A DNA stretch of 64,000 nucleotides, from assembly GCF_004010195.1 (NCBI RefSeq), contig NC_057718.1, forward strand, positions 37,366,006 to 37,430,005, given 5' to 3'. Positions within the stretch are counted from its first letter, which is position 1, and every line of letters begins with the position of its first letter. This document shows positions 25,626 through 38,427 of the stretch, one piece after another. A model generated the notes under the pieces. The model did not search any database, was not told the origin of the DNA, and saw nothing but the letters and a program-made list of their open reading frames with translations. Position numbers and translations under genes: made by a program. Origin of the DNA: Chiloscyllium plagiosum (lineage: Eukaryota).

Positions 25626-26837
25626 GTTCACCCAGTTCATGACTCCATTGGCCAATTGTCGCAGAACATTCTGAAAGGTCAGGGGTGAGTGTGGATAAGT
25701 GCATACACCTGGATGCCACATCCTCAGTGAAGACTCACAGCAAGACCCATGGCAGAAGGCAACCTAAGAAAACCCAGAAGATCATCTGTCTTGACCTGTT
25801 AGACCCACCTTGGTGGAAGAGAGCCAGCTCTTCATCGGAGAAGTAGGAATTCCAACAGCCCAGCTCAAACATATGAATTGCTGCAGGTAATATCTTTTCT
25901 CAGATGGATAGAGCTAGAAAGAAAGTAAATATTGTGGCAGTTTGGGAAATGCTTGCATGGTATTTTTAATATGGAATATTATGTTTAGAAAATCAAGTTG
26001 AACTGCAAACCAAATTCTATGTCCCTTCGTCTGCCTCACAAGAGTGCTTGGGTAAAGTGTCCAAAGCACGGACAGCACAGTCTGAGCTCTGAGGCGAATT
26101 GGACAAGGACAAACAGCTCCAAAGGGAGCAGTTGTGTCACCTACTTGAGTCAAGTGAGTGCCACTTCAGGACAGGCCTAAGTCTCGATGGCAGCTGTGTT
26201 GTAGGTGTGACGTTGGCCTGAATCTGGGCTCGGCCAGGGAATGGTGCTGAGCCTCACAGTGGGGTGCAGCTGGGGGTGGGGTCAATTCAATTCTACAGAA
26301 GGACAGAAGGAAAAGTGCAAGTTGGGAACAAAAAGCACATGGTGTATAGTTAACATATTTGAGTATTCTGGAATGTCTTGGGGGGTAGAGATCAATAAAT
26401 GATCATACAAAAGTTTTCCTTTAGAGAATAAAAGTTCTTACATTGTTTTTGGACTGCAAAAGCAGGATAGAGGAGGTGGCACTGACTGCTGCTGAAGAGG
26501 GAGGGGTTTCGACAAGGGGTGTGTGTGTGTATGGTGGTAGAGGGACACTGGATATAATGTGTGTGTAAGACTGATGGATGCTGAACAAATAATGTTTATG
26601 TGATATTTTACCTGAGAGAGTTCTTGTCACTTTGTAATATAGCTGTCAGATTTCCAACTGGAAACGCCTGTCCTCATTCATCATCCACTACATTTAATTC
26701 ATTCAACATCAGCAGTGTGTCAGTTCAGATTCATCCATGATTCCTTTTGGGAAACAGAATATGGGTATTTTATCACCATCAAAAATTACCAAAAACATCT
26801 TATTTACGTATTTCAACTTAGAAGATTGATAGAGTTA

Positions 26838-26860
26838 GAGAGAGAGAGAGAGAGAGAGAG
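26838..26860. repeat. (AG)n microsatellite
   Basis: Direct observation. Confidence 0.9.
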
Positions 26861-27859
26861 CATACATATAGTCTTTGGTTTTTGTGCTGCCTTACCATTT
26901 TAAACAAGAAAACTCTAAAAAATACCCAGATAACAAGGACTTTCATAAAATGTTATAATGGACCGAATCTTATGTTGATCCGGCTAAGTGTGAATTGTAT
27001 TGAGTTCTCAAAGGGATTTTCACTGCAAAGGTCAGCTGAGGTTTCTCAGCATCTCTCTTCAAACTCACTTCACTAACTACTTACCTGTCCCCACGGCATT
27101 TCTCATGTCGATTCCATCCCCATCTTACCTCATACCATTCCCTGAACATCGAGCCACCACGCACTGGATATCTGCTGAAAGACTTCCTTGCATTCCCCCT
27201 TCACAATCGATAGACAGACCCCAGGGCTACATTCACTGCAGACTTCTGACTGACCTTGACGAGCAGCTCCTAGGTATAACCGAGTAGATCTGTGACTGGT
27301 GTGTTGCGGCTCTCAGACTGATGGTACGTGGTTTCCCTGATGCTGCTGCTGACCCTACTGGACTGAGCATTGCCCACTCCCCTGACTGTAGCCGGACACA
27401 TTTCCTGATGGTGAGAATCACAGCAGGATGACTGGCCAAGCCCCTGGACTGAGTGAGACATATGCTATGACTGGCTGTACATTCTGTAGGTGTTTGATTG
27501 GCGTCTCAGCGTGCCACACAAGGTGTCCCACCGACTGGACAGGCCGTTATTGTCTAGAAAATCAAACAGCTGTCTGTGTCCATGCAAAACAGCACATCAA
27601 CACCACAGTATGGACAGAACGGTGGTGTTTCAGCCAGTCAAAGGCTAATAGGCACGGCATGGTACAGCATGGCATGGCAGGGTGTGAGCAAGCACAAAGA
27701 CAGCTGGCCTGAGATGCAGCCTGGTCCAATCCATGAGCTGGGTGCCTGCCCGTGTCACAAAGTCTCCTTGCAGCAGCCTCTCAATGCTAGTTGCTGGTGC
27801 CCATGCAATGCAGCTCTGTGCTTCATGACTGATCAACAAGTGGATTGGAGAGATACTCA

Positions 27860-27968
27860 AAACATCGATTTTCCTGCTCCTTGGATGCTGCCTGACCTGC
27901 TGTGCTTTTCCAGCACCACTCTAATCTTGACTCTGATCTCCAGCATCTGCAGTCCTCACTTTTGCCTA
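27860..27968 (+). mobile_element. PLE pseudo-LTR 3' part
   Basis: atcgattttcctgctccttggatgctgcctgacctgctg...gcagtcctcacttt. Confidence 0.85.
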
Positions 27969-27969
27969 G

Positions 27970-28180
27970 ATGTCTGGTGTGTGTGGTTGTCTCTATGTCT
28001 GTGTGTGTCTCTGTGTCTGTGCGTTCCTGTGTGTGTGTCTGTGTGTGTCTGTGAGTGTCTGTGTCTGTTACTGTGTGTGTGCAGGTGTCTCTGTGTGTGT
28101 CTGTGAGTGTCTGTGTCTGTGACTATGTGCATGTATGTGTGTATGTGTGTCTGTCTGTGTGCAGACACGTGCATGCATGC
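27970..28180. repeat. (TG)/(TGTC)-rich compound microsatellite
   Basis: Direct observation. Confidence 0.9.
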
Positions 28181-28539
28181 ATTTGCGTCTCAAGAGACTG
28201 TTTGGCGCTGAGCAACATGGAGGCTAACCACAGCCAGCAGCGAGGTGAAGTCATCAGGTCCACTCAGATTACCACATCAAGTATTCTCAGCATCTAACTT
28301 GTTCAACACTTTTGGTAAAGTCACATTAAGGAGGTGAACAAGAAATCAGAAGAATTGTGGATGTTGGAAATCAGAAACAAAAACAAAAACAGAAATTGCT
28401 GGAAAAACTCAGTATCTGTGGAGAGAAATCAGAGTTAATTTTTCAGGTCGAGTGACTCTTCTTCAGAACAGTAGAACATCTTGATTTTCAACAGCAGGAG
28501 GGCCATAGACAGTGGCCTTGCCCCATTCAGACTTTATAG

Positions 28540-29075
28540 TGGATGCCCCCTCAGTACAATTCACCATGGAAGTGATCACAAAACTGTGCCATCTCCTCAA
28601 GGCAGACTGGGAGTCCTGGAATTGAGAAAGAGCAGAACTGTCAGTGGGAATCTAGGCCACAGTGGCCTTCAATGTCTACACCAGCACTTCCTTCTGAGCA
28701 AGATACAGTGAGGTTACCAACATATCTCAGTTTGCTGACCATCGTAACATCCAGGAGGTCACTGAGATTCTGTATACCAGGAGAGGGGAGTTTGTTACTT
28801 TCTGTCTATGCCGAGAAAAGTGAGAGAAGTGGAGGCAGAGATTTGTCAAACTAGGAGCTCTCCCTGTGAATGGTGTAATTGCTTGCACAAACATGGCTGT
28901 GCTGGTACTACATTTCAAAGCTAAGGTGTTCATTCCCATTCACTGAACATTCAGTCAGTATGTGACTATACTCAGCTTATCGTGCTGATGAATTCTCACT
29001 ACTTTGGCAGTGGTGAAGACACTTGCAACGTGTGCCAGCCTGCCATTCCAGCTTTTATGAAGTTAACACGTGGAA
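28540..29075 (+). pseudogene. PIF/Harbinger (HARBI1-like) DDE transposase relic
   Basis: FTMEVITKLCHLLKAD...TVAFNVYTSTSF*...NISQFADHRNIQEVTEILY...NGVIACTNMAV...HSLNIQSVCD...SHYFGSGED, colinear with HARBI1 motifs GSFQ, GAIDCTH, HSLNVQ.VCD, PGS.HD. Confidence 0.85.
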
Positions 29076-29580
29076 TCAGAGGCTGGCAGTTTGATGTCAC
29101 TGGCTACTCCCAGATGAATCCTGCCGCCTCTGCTATCTAGCCACATGTGAATAGAGCTCCAAAAATGAAAATAGGAATTGCACGATTACACCACTGAGAC
29201 CTATAGTGTCATACAGCACAGAAGAACACCCTTTGGCCCAACTCGCCCATGCCAATCGGCTTTTCTAAACTGAACTAGTCCCATTTGCCTGCATTTGGCC
29301 CATATCCCTCTAAATGTTGTCATTGTACTCTACTACTTCTTCTGAAGCTCGTTCCATCTATACATCACCTTCTGCGTGAAAACGTTATCCCTCAGGTCTC
29401 TTTTAATTCTTTCCCCTCTCACTTAAACCTAAACCCTTCAGTTTTGGACTCCCCTACCCTGGAGAAAAGAACTTTGCTATTCATCCTATCTATGCTCCTC
29501 ATAATTTTATAAACCTCTATAACGTCACCCATCAGCCTGCCACGTTCCAGGGAAAGATGTCCCAGCCTATCCAACCTCTC

Positions 29581-30477
29581 CATGTAGTTCTCCTATAACA
29601 CGGTAGTTGCGTTCCTGTACAACACGGTGTTATAGAAAATCGAGCAATACAAATAATGGGGCCTATGGGAAAAACAGGGTTGGGTCGAAACACCAAAAAT
29701 ATCAATAAAAATCAAAACAGAAATAATATGTTATCTGCGCCCCAAGAGACTGTTTGGTGCTGAGCAACATAGAGGCTAGTCACAGCAGCAGTGAGCTGAA
29801 GTCATCAGGTCCCCGCTTGGATTACCACACCAAGTATTCTCGGCATTTAACTTGTTCAACACGTTTGGTAAGATCAGATTAAGGAGGTGAACAAGAAATC
29901 AAAAGAATTGTGGATGCTGGAAATCAGAAACAAAAACAAAAACAGAAATTGCTGGAAAAACTCAGCAGATCTGGCAGTATGTGTGGAGAGAAATCTGACA
30001 CAAATGATAGCACAGTCTAAGTAAACCTCTAAATCAAATATTTTAATGAATGAATATAGTCAATTTAACATTTTAACATTAAAATCATTGACTACAGCAC
30101 TGTACCTTTCACGAAGCTCTCCACCAGAAAGTCCACGATCCGACTGACCACATGATGCTGATGTCAAAGTTCAGTCCTCCTCAAGATTGCCCCCCCCGCC
30201 CAGTTTGAAATAAAGTTCCTTCTAAATGTAGACAACAATTCCCAGCTTCAAGGCTTGCACAGCTGATTGCATTCCTGTGTTAGCTGAACACACGTTGAAT
30301 TTGGATTTTGCAGATCAGAAGATCCTGAGGCTGGGTTTTGCTGTTCAGGTAAGTGCTGGGGATGGAATCGCATAACAGCAATCAGGAGTTCATTTTATTT
30401 AAAAAAAGGCGGCAATTCACTAATCACGTGACAGCTAAATCACATTTAATAATTACGTGTTACGGGAGAACTACCTG
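29581..30477. mobile_element. Tc1/mariner (Tigger/pogo-like) non-autonomous element
   Basis: 22-bp TIRs CATGTAGTTCTCCTATAACACG / CGTGTTACGGGAGAACTACCTG (19/22 match); TA on right flank, left TA not seen. Confidence 0.7.
29733..29995. repeat. Dispersed direct duplicate of 28181-28430
   Basis: Alignable end to end (caagagactgtttgg...ggagagaaatc), roughly 85-90% identical by eye. Confidence 0.95.
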
Positions 30478-31249
30478 TAACTAAAGTCTCCAGTCCCGGT
30501 AACATCTTTGTGAATATTTGTTGTACCGTTTCAAGTTTGATAACTTCCTTCCAAAGCAGGGCAACCAGAATTATACACAGTACTCCAAATGTGGCCTTTT
30601 ACAATGTCCTGTACAGCTGTAACATGATGCCCCAATTCATGTATTCAATGCTGTAAGAAATAAGGGCCAGCGTGCCAAACACTTCCCTCACCACCTTGTC
30701 TTCCTGTGATTCCACTTTCAAGGAATAAAGACCTGCACCCCTGGGTGGGGTTGGGGGGGGGGGGGGGTTGTACTCAGTAGTAGAATAAGTGTGAAGTGGA
30801 ACTTGAAAAAGTGCAATAAAAATGAATATGCTATCATCCTGAATAGCTTCAGCAATGCAGTTTCGATAATGTAGGTCGATAATGTATAACACCGTTTTCC
30901 TGAATAAAGTGCTGACTTGAGGATATGCCATTCCCCAGTTTTTGTTTGATACTGCCTCCTATTTTGTGCTATCTTTTCTTGCAAGAGGTGAGGAAAAATA
31001 TCCGAGTGTGTGTTGCAATGTGTTTGGGTAATGGTGCAGAAGAACAGCTGTAAGTTTAAGAACCTTGTAATATTTCCGTCTGAATCTTGTAGAAATGATG
31101 AGGATGAGCTGGACCATATGACATATTATATTTCTGATCAGTGAAGATTGCTGATGGCTGAGGAATGTGGGTGTGGTGCATTGAGCTGCATGAGTTTGCT
31201 GATACCGTGGATGGAAGCTGGCAATTGAAGATATATTCTTGGCATTGAC

Positions 31250-31450
31250 TCCTTGTCATTGAACTTTTTCAGGGACTCTATTACATTTTCAGGGCTGAAT
31301 TCCTGGCAATGACCTCCTTGGTTATCTGCACTCAGTGCCTTTGTATTAATGTCTACTGGGAAAGGTTACCTCTCCTCCTCCTGTCTACATCATGCCCTAA
31401 TGTCACATTTAGCATGGCTAAGAACTTCAATATGAGCCTTCACCCTGGGC
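31250..31450 (-). pseudogene. Harbinger Myb/SANT-like gene relic
   Basis: VDRRRR...VQITKEVIARNSALK...KKFND on the minus strand (with frameshifts). Confidence 0.5.
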
Positions 31451-32289
31451 TTCTCCTCTATTGCTCTGTTTTTCTCTTACTCTGGCACCTTTCCCCATCT
31501 GCTTCCAGCACCTGCTGCAGTCAAAATGCACCTCCCTATAAGAGGCTGGCTTCAAGAGATCTGAGCTCGAGTTAATGAATGCTCCCTTACACAAACCTGG
31601 AGCTCTTGCTGAACATGCATACACCAAGCACTGAGCAGCATTCCACAGTCAGAATGAATAACAAGATTCATCTCGAAGGAAGAAGTTACTTTACTTTTAT
31701 TTAGACATGGCAACAAGGGATGTTTTATCAAATTCACAAGCAGGTGATGGGCACTTCAGCTTCTTCTCCAGTTTTGTGCCCAAAGTAAGGTCTGACCCAC
31801 AACACAGCAATCTTTAAGGACTAGGGGCTCGGTCCCGGAACTACCCCAACCAGGACAGAGATCATTCCCTATGCTGATGACATCAAACTGATTCACATCC
31901 AATAAACAGTGCCCCAAGGAGGCCAGTTTGCAGTGGCTGGTGTATGTGGCTTTGGGAGGGTTTATACTCGATTGGATGCAATAAGCATCACCCACTGAGA
32001 CGATACCCCAGGAATCCCATGGTGATAGGCCTAAGATTAGGTCATCCCAACATTCTTGGACTAATGTCAGGTTTAATTTTCTAAACTGTATAGAGTTGAA
32101 GAGATGTAATAACCTACCTCTTGTTTACTCAGCAATAATCTTCTGATATGATCAGAAAAAAGGTTACCTTTACACACTGGAGCATAGAATCCAGTAATGC
32201 TCCCATACTCTTGGAAGATACGATAACTGCACATACGGCAGTGGCTACACTTTCATGTGTATGCTGTGAATAAAGTATGAATAGTGATA

Positions 32290-32497
32290 CTAGAGACTCT
32301 GACTTTTTTCCATCACACGCTAACCAGGAATCTCTCCTATTCTTTATTGCCTGCCACTGGAAAGATTCACAGCTGGATACACAACCTATGTGGTCACTGT
32401 ACAAACACATCCTTTTCACCATCAGGTTCTGGAGTGGGACTTGAACCCAGAGCTTCTCCCTCAGAGACAGGGATGCTACCTATCATGCTTCCAAGAT
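32290..32497 (-). mobile_element. tRNA-derived SINE fragment
   Basis: gggacttgaaccc is the reverse B box GGGTTCAAGTCCC. Confidence 0.6.
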
Positions 32498-32879
32498 GTC
32501 TCATCTTAGCTTTGTGTAGATATATATGATCGATCTATGATGTAGTTTCCAGACCTCAACTGGTAAATAAATCAAAATCCTTGGAGACAAGACATCTGAG
32601 CACCCGTGGCTTCAATGCTACAATGTCCTAAACAAACAGAAATTGATCAATCCAAATAAAATGATGGTAAAACTGATTGTAATTCCTCCTACCCACTTTA
32701 AACTCTAGAAATATGCTGATGTTAACATTGCAGTGCACAAAAGAAGCATTAATTTCTACATTATGTATTTCTAAGACAGTTGAAATGAATTAAGTGATGC
32801 TCTTCTTAATAAGGTTTTTAAATACACAGAGCACAGTCAATTGGCCTAAGTAAGAATATGTTCACCAGTGGCAATAGGC

Positions 32880-33210
32880 TGTACACATTAGTGCAATGTT
32901 ACAATTTGAGCTTACAACTTAAACTGAAACTCCAATGTAACACTGAGGGAGTGCCACTTTGCTGGGAGTGTTTTCTATGATGTAACCCAATTTATTTTTT
33001 ATGCAGGATTTTGAACAGTCCATTGCGGTATTATAAACAAAGTGATAATTCGCTTAGTGCCATTGTCATTTTCTTCCTTGAATTAACATCAATGAGAAAA
33101 AAATACATCTAAGGTCTATTCAGCAACTTCCTGCCTTGGATTTTTGCTTGTCTGTGATGACTGTCATGTTTACCAAAACAAATATTGGATTGTACTGTAA
33201 AATTGTCTAT
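32880..33210 (+). mobile_element. Old DeuSINE-like copy
   Basis: actccaatgtaacactgagggagtgccacttt resembles the Deu/SacSINE1-type body. Confidence 0.5.
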
Positions 33211-33234
33211 GCGAGGAATCACAAAGACTGCTCA

Positions 33235-34255
33235 TTTTATCCTTGGTAACATCGCCCACTTCTCTCCCACTCTAGTCCATCTGCTGCTAAACCTTGATCT
33301 ATGCCTTTTTGAAACATCGATCTGAATTTTCTCTTCTGCTATTATCCACCCTGACCCTTCATAAACTCCAGTTCAGAGGAATGTGATAGCCTAATGGTAA
33401 GGTCACCGAACTAGCAATCCAGAACCTCAGGCTGATGCTCGGGGTATGGGTGTGGATTCCACCATGGCAGATGGTGAAATTTGAATTCAATTTTTAAAAA
33501 ATCTAAAAGAAAGAGCTGGTCAAATGGCTGATTGTTGTAAAAACCCATCTGGCTAACCCATCTGCCCGTAGTGTTAGGTGAAGGGGTAAATGTAGGGGAA
33601 TGGATCTGGGTGGGTTGCTCTTCGGAGGGTCGGTGTGGACTTGTTGGGCCGAAGGACCTGTTTCCACACTGTAAGTAATCTAATCTATTCTAATCTAAAC
33701 TAATCTAATCTAATCTAATCTAATCTAATCTAATCTAATATCCTTTAAGGAAGGAAATCTGTTATCCTTATCTGGTCTTACATGTGACTCCAGATCCATA
33801 GCTATGTGGTTGACTCTTAGCTGCCCAATAAAAGTTGGCCAGCCAGTGATACCATCATCCTGTGAATGATTTTCCTTTTTTAAAATTCCAAACATTGCTA
33901 CCTGTTTCAAATCCCACAAAACCTAGTCACTATCAGCTCTGTCATGACTGACCTGCGTTGACTCTTGCCCCCCAACTACCTCGAGTGGAATATTCTCCTT
34001 ATGTGTAATCTCTTTCAGCTCTTCTCACAATGTAACACCCTTCCAACCAGAATTTTTCATTCCTCTTGGCCACTCTATCCACTCCTCACTGTGCCCTATT
34101 GCTGGAAGAAATGTTTTTAACTACCTACGTTACTTATTCTGGACTTTCTCCCGAAATTCCACTGCCTCTATCTCACTTTCATGCTTCATCACAAAGTTTA
34201 TTATTACATTTTGTTTGCTACATTCAAGTTTTGTTTACAAAAGGGTGTTTTTCTT
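33235..34255 (+). mobile_element. Old L2 LINE 3' fragment, interrupted by an S1 SINE
   Basis: aacatcgccc...ctgctgctaaacc...cataaactccagttca...gacctgcgttgactc correspond to L2 NIAR...AAE.LIHAF...KLQL...DLHWLP motifs. Confidence 0.55.
33377..33885 (+). mobile_element. S1 SINE carrying an inserted HE1 3' half (33563-33738) with (TCTAA)n tail
   Basis: S1 head tagcctaatgg; body resumes ctaatatcctttaagg after the TCTAA array. Confidence 0.85.
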
Positions 34256-34271
34256 CATCAAGTCACCTTTC

Positions 34272-35388
34272 TAAATGTGGTGCCACTATTTAAGAAAGGT
34301 GGTAAGGACAAGCCAGGGAACTATAGACCAGTGAGCCTGACATCAGTGGTGGGCAAGTTTTCGGAGGGAATCCTGAGGGACAGGATTTACATGTATTTGG
34401 AAATGCAAGGACTGATTAGAGATAGTCAACATGGCTTTGTTTGTGGGAAATCATGTCTCACAAACTTGATTGAGTATTTTGAAGATGTTAACAAAGAGGA
34501 TTGATGAGGGCAGAGTGGTGGACGTGATCTATATGGACTTCAGTAAGGTGTTCCACAAGGTTCCCCATGGGACACTGGTTAGCAAGGCTAGATCTCAAGG
34601 AATACAGGGTGAACTAGCCATTTGGATATAGAACTGGCTCAATGGTAGAACACAGAGGGTGGTGGTGGAGGGTTGTTTTTCGGACTGAACAAAGGAACCT
34701 TGGAGTGCAGGTTCATGGCTCCTTGAATGTAGAGTTGCAGGTAAATACGATAGTGAAGAACGCATTTGGTATGCTTTCCTTTATTGGTCAGAGTATTGAG
34801 TATAGGAGTGGGAGGTCATTTTATGGCTATACAGGACATTGGGTTAGGTCACTTTTGGAATATTGCATGCAATTCTGGTCTCCTTCCTATCAGAAGGATG
34901 TTGTGAAACTTGAAAGGTTCAGAAAAGTTTTACAAGGATGTTGCCATGGTATGAAGATTAGAGCTATAGTGAGAGGTTGAATAGACTGGGACTGTTTTCC
35001 CAGGAGCGTGGAGGCTGATGGGTGACCTTATAGAGATATATAAAATCATGAGGGGAATGGATAGGATAAATAGACAAAGTCTTTTCCCTGGGATGGGGGA
35101 GTCCAGAACTAGAGGGCATAGGTTTAGTGTGAGAGGGGAACGATATAAAAGAGACCTAAGGCGCAACATTTTCACACAGAGGGTGGTACGTGTATGGAAT
35201 GAGGTGCCAGAGGAAGTGGTGGAGGCTAGTACAATTGCAACATTTAAAAGGCATCTGGATGGGTATATGAATAGGAAGGGTTTGAAGGGATACAGGTCTG
35301 GTGCTAGCACGTGGGACCAGATTGGGTTGAAATATCTGATCGGCATGGACAAGTTGGACTGAAGGGTCTCACGTCTCTATGACTCTAA
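34272..35388 (+). mobile_element. HER1-like CR1 fragment with internal deletion at about 34686
   Basis: NVVPLFKKGGKDKPGNYRPVSLTSVVGK; YMDFSK; jump to EQRNLGVQVH; intact tail. Confidence 0.92.
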
Positions 35389-37149
35389 GTGTGCAATGCC
35401 AATACTAATTGTGTATTTGTTAAAACAGGTCGAGACTTTTGAATCTGATAGGGCAGCATGTAACAGTCAATATTGTTATTAACCAGGGTTATGCCCTGAG
35501 TGATAAAATAAATCACTAACCATGCTGGTGTTAATAGGCATAGAAAAATTACACTTGCAATTCCTGGATTGCAGTGTCAGCCTTGGGATAAAAAAAACTG
35601 AAATAATAGTTCATAAGTTATTGCAAACATGCATTGAGAAGCTCGTGATACAAACTGTCAGAAATAGATTACATGGCACCATGCACAAGTAAGTCAATAT
35701 CTTTAAAACTGTCACAGAATTGATGGCTATAGTGAACATTTATTGTCAAATGTTATCTATATCTCACTAAACTAAAAACATGAATTGTAATGATTGTTTG
35801 CATCAACATTTCTGTTAAAAACATTAAATAGATTGCTCAAAAGACTGAAGCCAAGTCTTCTGGTCATGCCCTGACAAATGACCTGGAATTGTTGTTTTTA
35901 GTGGTCTTTAGCTTGAGAAGCCAAAAATGGCTCAGGGTAAAAAAAAAAGAAACTGCTCTTTTATTCAAACCATCTGTTGCTGGCTGAGCTTTGATTGAAC
36001 TTGACATATTTGACCCAAAGCAACTGGAATTACACACGGCATCTATTTTGGAATAGAAACTGTAAAGCTTTGGAAAGATATATTACCTCTCTCGACAAAA
36101 AAGGAGACCATCATTATAAGCTTAAATTCAGAGATTTCATCTATTCAGGCGTTATCTAAACAAATTCGTCAGCAGAGCTGCTCACACCAGTTTAATGTTT
36201 CACCTTTTGTACAGCCAGTCATTCAATCACAGGGACCTGCTTTATCTCAAAGCTATAATAATTGCTTTTAAATTTCCTTAACAGACTTTTTTCCTTGTTC
36301 CTGATTTAATTTGCTGGCCAGCATTCAGAGAGGAACCAGTGAGTGACAAAGGATTTTGGAACTGGTAAATAGAATTATCATTGATGGAGAGAAGGGATAA
36401 TCACTGAAATGGTGATGTTGATCTAAGTTTGATTAAGTTAAGCTTTTTTAAAAAAGGAAAGGAGCTGGGGAAATCTAATTAAAGATAGCAGTTACTAAGT
36501 TCTTTCCATCTCAGAGAGCAAGAAGAGTAAGCCATTGTTACCTCACGAGAAAGATAGGCAGGAAATGGAGTCTTGTATATTGGTTGACCATTAGGTCCAT
36601 GAACTTGATACCTCCTCCTCTGAAATGATGAAGAATAAAAATATGCAAAATGTTTGCTTCAGCAAAAAGAATTCAACGTCTCACTGAGCATGCTGTTACC
36701 CACGAGGCTCAGTGTACCTGCACAGGGCAAATACATCAAAAACATTCAAATTTTGGAAGTGCTTTTATCCCATGGTCATGTGAATATTGAACCACTGTCT
36801 TGAAAAATGCTGGTGCTAATGGAGCTCGTGAATTTGCACACATTAAAGGTTCATTAATTATTTAGGGTTTTTTTTGTTAAATTTAACTGGCGCATCAAAG
36901 CACAGAGATGTAAAGAATTAAAATCAGTAATAAACATTCTTGCTCAAAAGGCTTTTCTTGATTGTGATTTAAGTGTATGATCTATGTGTCTCTGTGATAC
37001 ATGTTCTCAAATGGGATGCCAATATTTAAAAACCAGACTTAAATATTTAATCCAGTACAATAGAACCAACAACATTCTAAAATCTATCTCTCAATTAATC
37101 CTATAGTTATGTGACCATAACATATATACACGTAATGAAATAATTAACA

Positions 37150-37250
37150 GCAACAAGAACAGAAATTGCGAGGAAAACTCAGCAGGTCTGGCAGCATCTG
37201 TGGAGAGACAGCAGAATTAATGCTTCAGGTTCAGTGACCCTTCTTCATGA
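37150..37250 (-). mobile_element. PLE family C pseudo-LTR fragment
   Basis: aaactcagcaggtctggcagcatctgtggagaga...gacccttcttca. Confidence 0.7.
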
Positions 37251-38427
37251 AATAATCAATTTTGTTAAACTTATCCCTGGATTCACTATGGGGTCCTAAT
37301 TGTCTCAGGACTGCAGGTGATTATAGAAGTTGCACAGGCCTAATGCTGTCTTGTACACATTCCTGAAAAAAAATCAATAGTTGCACAATATTTCAAAAAC
37401 CTAACTTCCACCGTTTCATTTCCAGCTCTCAGGAGAAGAATGTGAATCTTTCTTGATAACAGTGATTAAAAGTGTGGAATTGATATTATGGAAATAAACC
37501 TGTAACAGTGTGTGACACTGGGAAAAGAGGGAAATAGAATGCATTCATAAAATTATGGACAACTCAGTAGAAGAAACAGTGGATTGACCCAAGTCTAATT
37601 ATGCTGAGACTAAACGTCTGCTGTATGTCAGGCTATTTTCTTCTGCCCTGTACTGGATCATTGTGTGATTCCTCCAGGCTGCCTGTTACAAGATAATGAG
37701 CTAGATTTTCTCGACAGACTTCTGAACCCCACCGTCACTGTGTGGAAAACAGTTTGTCATTGCGTTATTCCCCAGAACAGCCACTGAATAGTCAAAGGGT
37801 AGGCTTACTATTCAATTAAAGATTATTGTCACACCCTTAAAGCAAGGGCCAATCACAGGCCATGGAATCCACAAAGAGCGACAGGCTGCAAGGGAAAATA
37901 AGTGAGGGAGAGAGCACTTCACACTGAAACAAACCTCAGGGCAACTTCTGATAAGTTAAATTAGAAAAGCTTCTTGCAGCCAGGCCCCCACTGTGTGGTA
38001 AAGGTGGGGAGTCCATTTACAACACAGTGCAGTCCATTGCTGCTGCTGGACCCAGGCAGGCAGATAAGACCTCTAGGCCTGATTGAAGTAATGCATTTGA
38101 GGGACTCTGCAACTTGCCATAGTCAAGACCTTTTTTGTTGTTGTTCTTCTTCTTTAAGTTTAGAGACACAAGAGACATGGTGTTCGAAGTGATGCTGAAA
38201 TTGTGTGGATTTTGGGAGTTAGAAGCGACCCAGCTACTTTTAAAACAACAAAGAATAATGAGAATTCTGCATTACAGGGTCAAGTAGGATGGCACTGAAT
38301 TTCCCAGTCCATACTCCCACAGTCCTGTGGAGATGAAAAGTCAAACAGTACAGAATGGGAGATTTTGCCAGTCTCAATGGCAAATTATGAGATAGTCACA
38401 GAGTTAGATTAAAAACGTGAAAGAAAA

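Larger units (their letters stand above)
29200..30745 (-). mobile_element. CR1 3' fragment split by a MITE (pieces 29200-29580 and 30478-30745)
   Basis: Tail at 29200; KVVREVFGTLALISYSIEYMNWGIMLQLYRTL at 30600-30700. Confidence 0.85.

Noticed and set aside
27576..28297. Cys/Val- and His/Thr-rich ORFs
   Set aside because: Translations of a TG microsatellite and a pseudo-LTR
36685..36717. Minus-strand micro-exon GTLSLVGNSML resembling a GPCR/opsin TM1
   Set aside because: Similarity ends after 11 aa and no further exons were found
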